DNA of 64,000 bases from Candidatus Hodarchaeota archaeon (GCA_048886745.1 JBHLKK010000001.1:33925-97924), one strand, 5' to 3'. Shown: positions 1 through 9,240, counted from the first letter of the stretch. Translations and numbers: made by a program. Notes: generated by a model not told the origin, from the sequence alone.

Positions 1-1
1 C

Positions 2-1894
2 TATCTTACTGGAATTGGTGTTACGGTCTCCAATTATCCTGGCACAACTGTAGAAATTACCGAGGGCAAGGTCAGGTTTAGCGGAAGGACCATACTAGTT
101 AAGGACTTGCCTGGAATCTACTCGATTATTGCTGCAACCATGGACCAGATGGTGGCGAGAAGAGCAATACTGGAAGAGAAGAATGCAATAGTTGTGAACA
201 TAATTGATGCCTCCAACCTTCAAAGAAACCTAAATCTCACGCTACAGATCTTGGAACTCGAGGTTCCCTTAGTCATTGTACTGAATATGCTGGATGAAGC
301 ACATAAACGTGGAATAGAAGTTAATCATGGAAAATTATCCGAGATACTAGGAGTTCCAGTTATTCCGGCCGTTGCAACCCGAGGTGAAGGAATAAAAGAA
401 GCAATTGAAGTAGCACTACAAATTGTGGATAAAAAAAGAAACCTCAAGCCGATGAAGGTTCAATACGGTAAGGACGTGGAGGATCTAATCGATCAACTCA
501 AAAAAGCATTGGAGACCAATGCTACCGAAAAACCGTATGGGATGCCCTATCGAGCACTAGCTATTCGGTTACTCGAGGGAGACAGTGAATTAGTCAACAA
601 ATTAATGAAATCCGAAAAACATCTCATTGAATTAGCAGAAGATCTTGCCAAGACAATAGAAAAACAACATGATGAAACAGCGATTCTAAGGATTGCTAAA
701 GAGAGTCATGGTATTGCAAATAGTATTGCAGAAGCGGTTATGCTAAGAAGAGATGAAAAGATACTACTTAAGGATAAACTCAGTGAAATAACAACGAATC
801 CATACACAGGAATACTCGTAATGTTTGGTGTTTGGGTTGGGCTTTTTGCATTGCTGTTGTATGGCGGTAGTTTCTTGGAGCAGTATATTGTAGCTGGTTG
901 GAATGCTTTCTTAGCTCCTGCCTTACAACAGTTTTTCGGACTCCTCCCATCGCCTTTTGGAGATATTATTGGTAGGGGAGTCATTCTAGGACTTGAAGCA
1001 GGTGTTGCTGTTGTAATTCCTTATGTCGGACTGTTTTATATTGCTCTAGCAATCTTGGAGGATACAGGATACCTAACAAGAATGGCGTATCTGATGGACA
1101 ACATGATGCATAGGCTTGGTCTGCATGGCAGGTCCATAATACCCATTATCGCAGGCTATGGATGTAGCGTTCCAGCCATCATGGGTACCCGCATTCTAGA
1201 AACACGCAGGGAAAAAATAATCGCAAGTTTTCTCATAACACTTGTACCCTGCTCAGCAAGGACTGTTGTTATACTAGGGATCGTAGGCCAATATCTTGGA
1301 CTAATTCCCGTCTTGTTGATCTATGCATTTGATATAGGTATTGTGGCAATCGCGGGCCTTGTCCTAAACAAAATCATGAAGGGTGAGTCTCTGGGTTTAG
1401 TAATGGAAATGCCCCCTTTCAGAGCTCCTTATCCCAGACCTATTCTGAAAAAAACTTGGATAAGGCTTAAAGAGTTCATTTACATGGCATTCCCTCTCCT
1501 CATTGCAGGAAGTCTGGTCTTGAGTTCCATGGAATTCTTCGGAGTATTGGGACCTGCTGCAAGCCTTCTGAGTCCCGTAACTGTGGGATTATTAGGTCTT
1601 CCCCTTTTAAGCGGAGTTGCGCTGTTATTTGGAGTGTTAAGGAAGGAAATGGCACTTGGGATGTTAGTTGTGGTCTTTGGAACAACCAATTTTGCTTTGG
1701 TTATGACGCCGGTTCAGATGGTTGTGTTTACGGTCGTGCTTATATTGTATATTCCATGTGTTGCTGCCATCGCTGTCTTGGGACGTGAGCTTGGATGGAG
1801 AAATGCTTTGATTATTGGAGCGAGCACAGTAATCATTGCGTTCATGCTGGGGGGATTAGTGAATACGGTTCTTTTGAGTTTGGGCTTCCAATAG
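2..1894 (+). CDS. feoB: Ferrous iron transporter FeoB, 5'-truncated by the window edge
   Basis: The frame of ORF 107..1894 stays open back to nt 2 (YLTGIGVTVSNYPGTTVEITEGK...DLPGIYS, matching the FeoB GTPase switch region). It is followed by a helical linker and a polytopic membrane domain typical of FeoB. Confidence 0.9.
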   Translation, partial: YLTGIGVTVSNYPGTTVEITEGKVRFSGRTILVKDLPGIYSIIAATMDQMVARRAILEEKNAIVVNIIDASNLQRNLNLTLQILELEVPLVIVLNMLDEAHKRGIEVNHGKLSEILGVPVIPAVATRGEGIKEAIEVALQIVDKKRNLKPMKVQYGKDVEDLIDQLKKALETNATEKPYGMPYRALAIRLLEGDSELVNKLMKSEKHLIELAEDLAKTIEKQHDETAILRIAKESHGIANSIAEAVMLRRDEKILLKDKLSEITTNPYTGILVMFGVWVGLFALLLYGGSFLEQYIVAGWNAFLAPALQQFFGLLPSPFGDIIGRGVILGLEAGVAVVIPYVGLFYIALAILEDTGYLTRMAYLMDNMMHRLGLHGRSIIPIIAGYGCSVPAIMGTRILETRREKIIASFLITLVPCSARTVVILGIVGQYLGLIPVLLIYAFDIGIVAIAGLVLNKIMKGESLGLVMEMPPFRAPYPRPILKKTWIRLKEFIYMAFPLLIAGSLVLSSMEFFGVLGPAASLLSPVTVGLLGLPLLSGVALLFGVLRKEMALGMLVVVFGTTNFALVMTPVQMVVFTVVLILYIPCVAAIAVLGRELGWRNALIIGASTVIIAFMLGGLVNTVLLSLGFQ

Positions 1895-1898
1895 TGAG

Positions 1899-2060
1899 AT
1901 GGTTTTGATGGATATATACAGATGTCCACTGTGTGGATATAAATTTGCGAAAGAAGAAGCAAAAGGATGTCAAGAGTGTTTCTTGGCAAAGAGGTGCAGT
2001 TTAATCCTTTGCCCAAATTGCAGCTATGAGTTCCCAAAGATTCCAATCCAAAAGTCATAG
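1899..2060 (+). CDS. Small Cys-rich zinc-ribbon-like protein (53 aa), not in the ORF track
   Basis: ATG at 1899 lies 4 nt after the feoB stop. Translation: MVLMDIYRCPLCGYKFAKEEAKGCQECFLAKRCSLILCPNCSYEFPKIPIQKS, stop TAG 2058-2060. Cys spacing is CxxC-x10-CxxC-x6-C-x4-CxxC and there is no TM helix. Confidence 0.45.
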   Translation: MVLMDIYRCPLCGYKFAKEEAKGCQECFLAKRCSLILCPNCSYEFPKIPIQKS

Positions 2061-2097
2061 ACTTGTAAATATCTTGATTTTCTCAAACTTATAAGGA

Positions 2098-2787
2098 ATG
2101 ACTCTAAATTTCTCAATGAGTGAAATGAAGCAAAGGTTTAAGGCTATAATATTCGATCTTGACGGCACATTGATAGATATTCCTGATCACAATATATTTA
2201 ATAGACTGCTAGCTGAAACGCTAGAGAATCTATCTGTTCGGGTTCCATCGAGAAAAGAGCTGAAGGAATTGTGGGTTAGTGGGAAGAATTATGTAGATAT
2301 CCTCAGGGGCTGGGGAGTAGGGAACATTGATGAGTTTTGGAGAATATTCGATCACAAGGATTTGACAGCGAGAAAGGATCTTATCAGAAGAGGTCTGATT
2401 CGTCCATTCGATGATGTTGGAGTCCTAGAAAGGCTGAAAGAGAGATTCAAACTGGGTTTAGTAAGCAACACAATTGAGGAGATAGTCATGCTGGAGATCG
2501 AGGCGTTTGATTTGAAGAAATACTTCTCAAAGATCGTTACGTTGGGAACCGTTGCTCAGCAGTTCGCCAAGCCAGAACCTGATGGCATAATCTGGTGCCT
2601 TGAGGGCTTAGATGTCCCTCCGAATTCCGCATTGACTATAGGAGATCAACACACAGATATCATAGCAGGAAAGAGAGCCGGTTCCACGACTGCTTTATTG
2701 ATAAGACGAAGAGATCAGCAATCTGCTGACGCAGATTTGGTTTTTAAGACACTCTACGAGTTAGAAGATTATATCGTAGGGATATAA
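2098..2787 (+). CDS. HAD-superfamily hydrolase (phosphatase-like)
   Basis: HAD motif I is IIFDLDGTLID, motif II is LVSNT, motif IV is GDQHTDIIAGKRAG. The start could instead be an internal Met at 2116 or 2125. Confidence 0.8.
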   Translation: MTLNFSMSEMKQRFKAIIFDLDGTLIDIPDHNIFNRLLAETLENLSVRVPSRKELKELWVSGKNYVDILRGWGVGNIDEFWRIFDHKDLTARKDLIRRGLIRPFDDVGVLERLKERFKLGLVSNTIEEIVMLEIEAFDLKKYFSKIVTLGTVAQQFAKPEPDGIIWCLEGLDVPPNSALTIGDQHTDIIAGKRAGSTTALLIRRRDQQSADADLVFKTLYELEDYIVGI

Positions 2788-2836
2788 GAATCTGATCCAT
2801 TTGTAGGGAATAGGAATCAACGGGGCAGGATTTGAC

Positions 2837-3940
2837 ATGAAGGAACATAATTCTCTGTCAGAATTCATGCAGGAGAATTACTTGGCAATTGTGAGTCAAT
2901 CAAGCGATTTAGATGACACTTTCAAGCAGGGAATACCGATAGTCGAAGAGGCTGTTGAAGAATTGAATGGGATTGGCATGGATCGAATCCTTCTTACTGG
3001 ATGCGGAGATTCGCTTTTTGTTTCTGAAATTTGTAGATTTGCATTTGAGGAATTTGTAGAAATGCCGACTGAGGCCATACCAGCACTCGAATTAGCCAGA
3101 TACCGCAAATTAGGCGGGAATGATTTGGTGATTGCTTCTTCAGCCTCAGGACGGACCAGTAGAACCATTGAGGCTGTCAAAAGGGCAAAGTCTCAGGGAG
3201 CGTACGTTGTTTCTATTACAAACGATGTATCAGGAATCTTGGCCCAGCTATCTGACTGGATTCTGTTAACAAGATGCTCTCCCCCCATAGGAATATTGCC
3301 ATCAAAGACCTCAACAACTGCCTTGTTGCTTCTCTTTATGTTAGCTGTGAGAATTGCTAATAGATTACATAGGATAAATGGATCCAGGAGCGAGCAGCTA
3401 ATGGAGCAGCTGGGGAGCATTCCCTCCATCGTAAAAACCTGCATCAGGCAGAATGAGGCTCGAGTAAAAGAGGCCGCATCAGCTCTTAGGAATTGTGAGA
3501 ATTTCCATTTCATTGGAGGAGGTCCGAGTCTAGGCGTGGCTAAATTGGGGTCAGCAAAGATTAAAGAGCTAAGTCTGGGTCATGCTGAAGCAGTCGAGCT
3601 GGAGGAGTTTTGCCATTATCAGATTTTGATTGTGAGCAAAGATACACCTGCAATATTGGTTCTTCCCCCAGGGGCAAGTTATGACCGGGGACTTGATGTT
3701 TTGGATGGTTTGGGTGAGATCGGTGCGAGAGCGGTGATAGTCAGTGACGCTGATGATGAGTTCATCAGAAGGAATGCTTTCACAACGTTTGAGATTGAGG
3801 GGGACGTAAGCGAGGTTTTTTCCTCAATACCTTACGTAATTCCCTTACAGCTGTTCGCATATCATCTAGCTATTCAGAAAGGAAGAAATCCTGGCTGGTT
3901 TAGAGAGCCCAACGCATCGGCGATAAGGATATCTGAATAG
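2837..3940 (+). CDS. Double SIS-domain sugar-phosphate isomerase/deaminase (GlmS C-terminal-like / GlmD-like)
   Basis: SIS signatures LTGCGDSLFVS and ASSASGRTSRTIEAVKRAKSQGAYVVSITN. A second SIS repeat carries HFIGGGPSLGVAKLGSAKIKE...AEAVELEEFCH. Confidence 0.75.
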   Translation: MKEHNSLSEFMQENYLAIVSQSSDLDDTFKQGIPIVEEAVEELNGIGMDRILLTGCGDSLFVSEICRFAFEEFVEMPTEAIPALELARYRKLGGNDLVIASSASGRTSRTIEAVKRAKSQGAYVVSITNDVSGILAQLSDWILLTRCSPPIGILPSKTSTTALLLLFMLAVRIANRLHRINGSRSEQLMEQLGSIPSIVKTCIRQNEARVKEAASALRNCENFHFIGGGPSLGVAKLGSAKIKELSLGHAEAVELEEFCHYQILIVSKDTPAILVLPPGASYDRGLDVLDGLGEIGARAVIVSDADDEFIRRNAFTTFEIEGDVSEVFSSIPYVIPLQLFAYHLAIQKGRNPGWFREPNASAIRISE

Positions 3941-3950
3941 AAGCAGCTAT

Positions 3951-5270
3951 TTAATCTGAGAGCAAATTTCCAATTGTGCGACTTGCTCTTTGCATCACTT
4001 CCTCTTCATCAACTGTGGTTACCTGTCTGTTGATCATTACAATTCTTCCATCAATGATGACAGTATCAATATCTGCTCCATTGGCAGAATATACAAGATT
4101 GGCTTTATGATTATTTGATGGAGTAAGATGTGGTTTTCTGGTATTAACCAAGATTATATCGGCAATCTTTCCTACTTGAAGAGAACCTATTTCCTTTTCT
4201 AGTCCAAGGGCTCTGGCACCACCAATCGTGGCCATCCCTAGAATTTCATCAATAGGGAGAATCTCGGGATTCATATAATTGATCTTCTGGAGAAGGGCTG
4301 CAAACTTCATGGTCTGAAACATATCTAATGAATTGTTGCTGGCTGCACTATCCGTTCCAATTCCTACAATTGCCCCAGATTTCAGAAGATCATATATTCT
4401 GGCAATTCCAGCTGCAATCTTCATGTTTGATATAGGATTATAGGCGATCTTAACATCACGTCTTACTAAGATCTTCAATTCTTCATCCGATATATGGATA
4501 CAATGAGCTGCAAGGACATCTCCCTTGAGAAAGCCCAAGCTATCAAGGAATCTCACGGGTGAAGTTCCGTATTTGTCTTTGACAAGCTTCTTCATGTCCA
4601 GAAGCTCAGCCAAATGAATATGAAGGCCGACACCAAGTCGATCAGCCTCTTCTCTAAATCTCTTAAGAAGCTCTGGACTCACAGTATAGGGCGCGTGAGG
4701 ACCCAACCAAGTCCTTATCCTGCCATTGGCTGATTTGTTGTATTTCCTGATGAAATCTATGCCAGCTTTTAATCCTTGTTCTCCCCTTTTCTTGTCTCCA
4801 TTTTCAATTACACCTAGCGCTAACACACCTCGAATTCCTATTCCTTCTACTGCCCGAGCCACTTTGTCTTCCATATAGTACATGTCTGAAAAACAGGTGG
4901 TGCCACTTCGTATCATTTCAAGACATCCGAGCAGAGTCCCCCAATATATGTCATCTGGACTTAGTTTTTCCTCAAGAGGCCAGATTATTTCATTAAACCA
5001 ATCGCCAGCGTTCTTATCTTCAGCTACTCCCCTGAAGATCGTCATGGGTACGTGGGTATGGCAATTTATCAATCCTGGCATTGCAATCATGTTTTCTCCA
5101 TCAACCTCAGTCTCACCTTTTGCCCCTTTCTTGACTTTACCCACATATGATATTCTATTCCCATCTACGCCAATCATACCATTTTCAATTATCTGTCCAG
5201 GTATTGGAAGGACAGTACAATTCCGAATCAAGAAGTCAAATTCTTCTATCCCAACCCTCTCCTCACTCAT
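3951..5270 (-). CDS. mtaD: Amidohydrolase, 5-methylthioadenosine/S-adenosylhomocysteine (or 5'-deoxyadenosine) deaminase family
   Basis: The metal-binding motif MPGLINCHTHVPMTIFRGVAED and overall layout fit the MtaD/DadD family. The ORF track starts at GTG 5306. I prefer ATG 5270 because a TTTTTATAAA box at about 5320-5329 would place the transcription start downstream of 5306. Confidence 0.75.
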   Translation of the reverse strand: MSEERVGIEEFDFLIRNCTVLPIPGQIIENGMIGVDGNRISYVGKVKKGAKGETEVDGENMIAMPGLINCHTHVPMTIFRGVAEDKNAGDWFNEIIWPLEEKLSPDDIYWGTLLGCLEMIRSGTTCFSDMYYMEDKVARAVEGIGIRGVLALGVIENGDKKRGEQGLKAGIDFIRKYNKSANGRIRTWLGPHAPYTVSPELLKRFREEADRLGVGLHIHLAELLDMKKLVKDKYGTSPVRFLDSLGFLKGDVLAAHCIHISDEELKILVRRDVKIAYNPISNMKIAAGIARIYDLLKSGAIVGIGTDSAASNNSLDMFQTMKFAALLQKINYMNPEILPIDEILGMATIGGARALGLEKEIGSLQVGKIADIILVNTRKPHLTPSNNHKANLVYSANGADIDTVIIDGRIVMINRQVTTVDEEEVMQRASRTIGNLLSD

Positions 5271-5370
5271 TAAATCCGTATACAGGATATGGAAGATATG
5301 GAACACTAATTAAAAAGATCCTGTTTATAAAAAGATCCTATTCTCGGAAGGGTATGGGGGACTATCTTTT

Positions 5371-5730
5371 TCACCTAAATATCTTTGAATACCATTTGGG
5401 CAGCTCATTGACGTAATTATCTAGGTTCTTAGATATTTTCTCAGTCAGTTCCAATATTTTCTCGGTGTATTGTTCTGGTTTTTCCTTTTCACTCAATATC
5501 AGAGCTGTAGCTCTTTCCGAATTGTTATCAAAATAACTATAAACCTTCAGCCTTCCAACTTTAGTTTTGATGAACTCCACAGGATTGATGCCTACTTTCA
5601 TATTTGGAAAATGCATGCTAAAGACAGTTGTTGCAAATGAGGGAGGGACCCACGCACTTCTGGTACATCTTGCCTCAATAACTCCTCCAAGGCGATTATC
5701 CCACTTGATTATTACGATACCTAGTGGCAA
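5371..5730 (-). CDS. Hypothetical small protein, possible single longin/roadblock-like domain
   Basis: The 119-aa N-terminus MPLGIVIIKWDNRLGGVIEA...FATTVFSMHF loosely follows the pattern of the neighbouring longin-like paralogs. The C-terminus is helical. Confidence 0.45.
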   Translation of the reverse strand: MPLGIVIIKWDNRLGGVIEARCTRSAWVPPSFATTVFSMHFPNMKVGINPVEFIKTKVGRLKVYSYFDNNSERATALILSEKEKPEQYTEKILELTEKISKNLDNYVNELPKWYSKIFR

Positions 5731-6008
5731 CTTTGGTCTCTCCGATTTTTCCTTCTATAGGTCAAATTACGTTATAATTCTTTTGATGTCTTTTGAGTGA
5801 AGGTCATAAATTTGGGGGTCGGTCGAGTAGAATTGTAGTTGTTTGCTTATCAAAAGTATTTTATTACGTTGATATAAACATTTCTAAATCTGTTGCGATT
5901 TTCTCAGCCGACAAAAATAGAGACTGAGAAATGCTTAAGTAACTGGGAAAGTATAGGTAATATCAACAACGCAGAATCAACAACTCCCAAATTTCTGGTG
6001 CAGATAAA

Positions 6009-6677
6009 ATGCCAGTTCACGGTATATGGATAATCGATAGCGCTGGACTCTGCATATTCCACAAGAACTATAGTAATATTAACATAGACCCCCAGCTATT
6101 TTCGGGGTTCTTTACAGCGCTCGTTCAATTTTCAACTGAGATCAATAAGGTCCAGCTAGAACGTATAGTTCTGGGATATCTAGACATATCATATACTAAT
6201 GATCGGGGCATTCACTTTGTTGTGTGTACAAATAAAGGAGAGTCTGCCATCAGAATTCTTAGGGGCATAAGAGAAACTTTCAGCGACCATTTTAAGGATG
6301 AAATGATTGTTCTAAGTGATATGCTAAGAGACGGACCAGGCTTAAGTCTGCTTAATAGGTTTGAAAAAGAGCTTGATAGAATTGTTGGCTACGCCCCTGA
6401 CGCAGAGTTTCGTCCTTCAAGGTATGTTTCCATCACAAGAGTTCTAAAAAGAGGATCTGAAATGAGGAATACTTTGGAAAGAAAGTTCGGAACTGATGGA
6501 ATAGCCATAATGCTTCTATGTGATGGAAGTCGAGCTATCACAGATATAGCTGATGAGCTCAATATCCCAGAAGAAGAAGTTGCCAAGATTGTTGATTTCG
6601 GAGTTAAAGAGAAAATATTGGGAACAATGCGCGTCAGGAGCGATGTTGATCAGGTAGCAGATCAGAGTGTTCTATGA
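6009..6677 (+). CDS. Longin/roadblock-like N-terminal domain + C-terminal winged-helix protein
   Basis: N-terminus MPVHGIWIIDSAGLCIFHKNY...DPQLFSGFFTALVQFSTEI resembles TRAPP Bet5/sedlin-type longin folds. The C-terminal part ITDIADELNIPEEEVAKIVDFGVKEKIL is wHTH-like. Confidence 0.6.
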   Translation: MPVHGIWIIDSAGLCIFHKNYSNINIDPQLFSGFFTALVQFSTEINKVQLERIVLGYLDISYTNDRGIHFVVCTNKGESAIRILRGIRETFSDHFKDEMIVLSDMLRDGPGLSLLNRFEKELDRIVGYAPDAEFRPSRYVSITRVLKRGSEMRNTLERKFGTDGIAIMLLCDGSRAITDIADELNIPEEEVAKIVDFGVKEKILGTMRVRSDVDQVADQSVL

Positions 6678-6730
6678 AACTGGATATTTTAGATTTGATA
6701 AATCATACGAAATCTCTGAAAAAAAAGTTG

Positions 6731-7093
6731 TTATGCGCCAAACATTTTTCTGACTCGGGATACAAGTAATCGCCCTTTCACACCATGAGATTTAACTTCA
6801 ACCATTCCCTTTTCCTCAGCTTCTTTATACTCCTCTTTGCTCAAGGTATTCAGAAGCATACTCAGAGTCCCATTATCTCCAGTTATTGAAACATGGGGTT
6901 TTTTTAGTAAATCCTCATTTAACTTAACATCATTCTTTGAGATTTCGGCGGAAAGTGTTTCACCAGTATCTGTAGCTGTAACATTTATCTTTGCCGAACC
7001 AACCAGTCTCAAAATGGTTCGCACTTTCCTGCTTTGAAGCATACTTGTCCCAACCACTTTCAATTTCTCGTTGACAGCTTCATATAGAGACAT
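6731..7093 (-). CDS. Hypothetical protein, weak SCP2 (sterol-carrier)-like pattern
   Basis: 120 aa. Size and the segments VSITGDNGTLSMLLNTLS...VEVKSHGVKGRLLVSRVRKMF are reminiscent of SCP2 domains. The function call is weak. Confidence 0.4.
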   Translation of the reverse strand: MSLYEAVNEKLKVVGTSMLQSRKVRTILRLVGSAKINVTATDTGETLSAEISKNDVKLNEDLLKKPHVSITGDNGTLSMLLNTLSKEEYKEAEEKGMVEVKSHGVKGRLLVSRVRKMFGA

Positions 7094-7274
7094 ACATTAT
7101 CCTCCTACGGTCTACTGTAAAACGCCCTACCCTATTGGCTAGCTTCACCTTGCGGGGATTAGGATGAAGTGAATAGGTGGTATTTTAACGTTGTGAGGAA
7201 AAGACCTAGTTGTCTTTAGGGATGAGTTCTGCAAACAAAATAGCTCCTCATGATATGAGTGAGACGTTTTTTGA

Positions 7275-8045
7275 TTAGCTTATGTATGATTGACGATCTG
7301 AGGCTTCAGGCAATCTCTTCTCAAGACGTCCTCTCAGCTTCGCGAAAGCCTTTTCCATAGTTGCAATTTGTTTGTCCAGTGCACTCATATCAATTCCAAT
7401 ATTGAACCATTTGCCCAATATTTGAACAATCGCTTTGGAAGCCTTTGGATCGGTCGCTAAAACGGGTATTGTCTCTGCCAAGAGACAGACTCCTTCAATT
7501 CCATATTTAGCTTTACCCCATGCAGGGATTATGCCATTTGCGCCCATAATGACCCCTTCCTTCATCACCTTGCATTGATCATGTTTGGCGAAGATGTCAA
7601 GAAGTTCATGCGAAGTCGAAGAAACAAAGATGCTGGGCTCAGAGGAGACATTATCCGTAACATAGGCACCTGTTGAGACAATAGTCTTAACCCCATGAGA
7701 ATTGCAGAAGTCGCTGATGTGATCAGAAAAAGCAAATATTCCTAGAGAGGTTGTTGGTTGGAAATCGCCACTTATGAAGAATAAATCATTTACTCCCTTA
7801 GGATCTTTCCAGAAGTAGATCGTTGATCGCGGTACATGAAGCTTCCCGTTTGCCCCTACAGCAACCTGAGCTGGGAAATCATGATAGAAAATCAAAGCGA
7901 TCTTCTCGGCTTTTAGGCTATCTGCAATGTTGAGGACGGCCCCCTTTCCAACCATTGCTATTCCGGGTAGGCCTACAATAGCCACAGGACTATTCATCTT
8001 GGCTAGATCCAGTTTCTTTAGAATCTCTGTGCGGGGTCCATTCAT
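7275..8045 (-). CDS. PAC2-family proteasome assembly chaperone-like protein
   Basis: SPVAIVGLPGIAMVGKGAVLNIADSL...IFYHDFPAQVAVGANGKL...LFFISGDFQP matches the archaeal PAC2 pattern. The ORF-track start at 8129 is a TTG. ATG 8045 is preceded by GTGAAGGA, so I prefer it. Confidence 0.65.
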   Translation of the reverse strand: MNGPRTEILKKLDLAKMNSPVAIVGLPGIAMVGKGAVLNIADSLKAEKIALIFYHDFPAQVAVGANGKLHVPRSTIYFWKDPKGVNDLFFISGDFQPTTSLGIFAFSDHISDFCNSHGVKTIVSTGAYVTDNVSSEPSIFVSSTSHELLDIFAKHDQCKVMKEGVIMGANGIIPAWGKAKYGIEGVCLLAETIPVLATDPKASKAIVQILGKWFNIGIDMSALDKQIATMEKAFAKLRGRLEKRLPEASDRQSYIS

Positions 8046-8135
8046 CTGGGTCAAATCCTTCACTCCCTTATTGAAAAATGGAGACAAACTCCACTTAAAA
8101 AGATATTGAATGTCATAGATTCCATACAAGAGAAG

Positions 8136-9059
8136 TCACGATTCAGCATTACTTGTGATTCGAGACTTAATATCTGGTACTTTGATCTGGACAAGTTCGA
8201 CAATCTTTGGAATCATTGATTCATCAATGTCCAATTCCTTAATCAGCTCATCTCCTGTAATTTCCTCTTTGAAACGAAGCAGATTGCAGATCCTAGTAAC
8301 ATAGCTATATGTCCGGCTAATCCTGTTTTTGAGTATTTCAAGTCCTCTTGGATCTTGCATGTCTTTTACTTCCAAAACCATTTGAATTAATGAGGTCATC
8401 CAAGAGACATTCTCTGATTCCGGAAGTCCGTATTTCTCAGATAGGCCGGTATCAAGATAGTATACAACATATTTGTCAGGTTTGTCAACAGATGCCAGCT
8501 CATCTGGTTTAACACCTATCAATTGAGATTCTTCTATTTTGTTTTCTTCAGTTACCTGTGCTATTGACACACTCTCAGGAGAAATGCTGGATAATGTGCA
8601 TAGCAGTATGCGAACCTCGTTCCTATTATCCCCAGCAATGAAGATTTTATCGCCATTAATTACGTGATAAATAAGTTTCGCAAAATCACTGGCAGAAACG
8701 ATTCTCAGAGTATCCTCTATCGATTTGAGCGCAGCGATATCAATCATTGTAGCGATATTTTCTTTCTTGAGATTTAGAATGAACGCAAGTGATATTTGGG
8801 ATAAACGCCAGTTGATTTGTGATCTTGGATAGTCTCTCCCACTAACGACTATTAATATGTGATCACTCATCTTCTTGAACCAAAAAGTAAAGTCACTTGT
8901 GGATATTTCTTCGACACTCTGACCTGTCAATACGCTGAGAAAACTATTTTGGGCACTAAAATACCCAGACATGAGTGTAGCATCAACCGCGATGGTCCCG
9001 TACATTCTAGAAATGAGTGGGATCCCGTTTATCTCCAAAATGTAGACATTGTGTATCAT
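8136..9059 (-). CDS. Longin-like + DENN-core-like + winged-helix protein (hypothetical)
   Basis: N-terminus MIHNVYILEINGIPLISRMYG...DATLMSGYFSAQNSF is longin-like. The middle part LIYHVINGDKIFIAGDNRNEVRILLCTLSSISP ... QLIGVKPDELAS...KYVVYYLDTG mirrors cDENN motifs. The C-terminus is wHTH-like. Start is ATG at 9059. Confidence 0.6.
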   Translation of the reverse strand: MIHNVYILEINGIPLISRMYGTIAVDATLMSGYFSAQNSFLSVLTGQSVEEISTSDFTFWFKKMSDHILIVVSGRDYPRSQINWRLSQISLAFILNLKKENIATMIDIAALKSIEDTLRIVSASDFAKLIYHVINGDKIFIAGDNRNEVRILLCTLSSISPESVSIAQVTEENKIEESQLIGVKPDELASVDKPDKYVVYYLDTGLSEKYGLPESENVSWMTSLIQMVLEVKDMQDPRGLEILKNRISRTYSYVTRICNLLRFKEEITGDELIKELDIDESMIPKIVELVQIKVPDIKSRITSNAES

Positions 9060-9240
9060 TGCAAGTCGCCATGCCCTAGATTCAAAGAACTCGTTGTTGT
9101 AATTATAACTAATGATTCTTAAGGATATTAACTTGTGGGTTTTGTGAAATTACAAATTATCCAAATCGAGTTATCCCGAAATCAAAATAGAAAAAAGATT
9201 AAGACTGGTACGGGATAATAACTATGCAAAGGGACTAAAA

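Noticed and set aside
706-2058. Minus-strand ORFs 706..984, 1480..1689, 1500..1685 and 1714..2058 inside or at the end of feoB
   Set aside because: They are antisense shadows of a confidently identified FeoB frame, with low-complexity or odd composition. ORF 1714..2058 also lies opposite the Cys-rich small ORF, which has a far more protein-like pattern.
4882-5416. Plus-strand ORFs 4882..5313 and 5147..5416 overlapping the mtaD-like gene
   Set aside because: They are antisense to a well-supported amidohydrolase frame. They have Ser/Pro/Ile-rich non-genic composition and no start context.
7275-7290. HbYX proteasome-activating motif at the PAC2 C-terminus
   Set aside because: The protein ends ...RQSYIS. 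The penultimate residue is Ile rather than Tyr, so the motif is absent.
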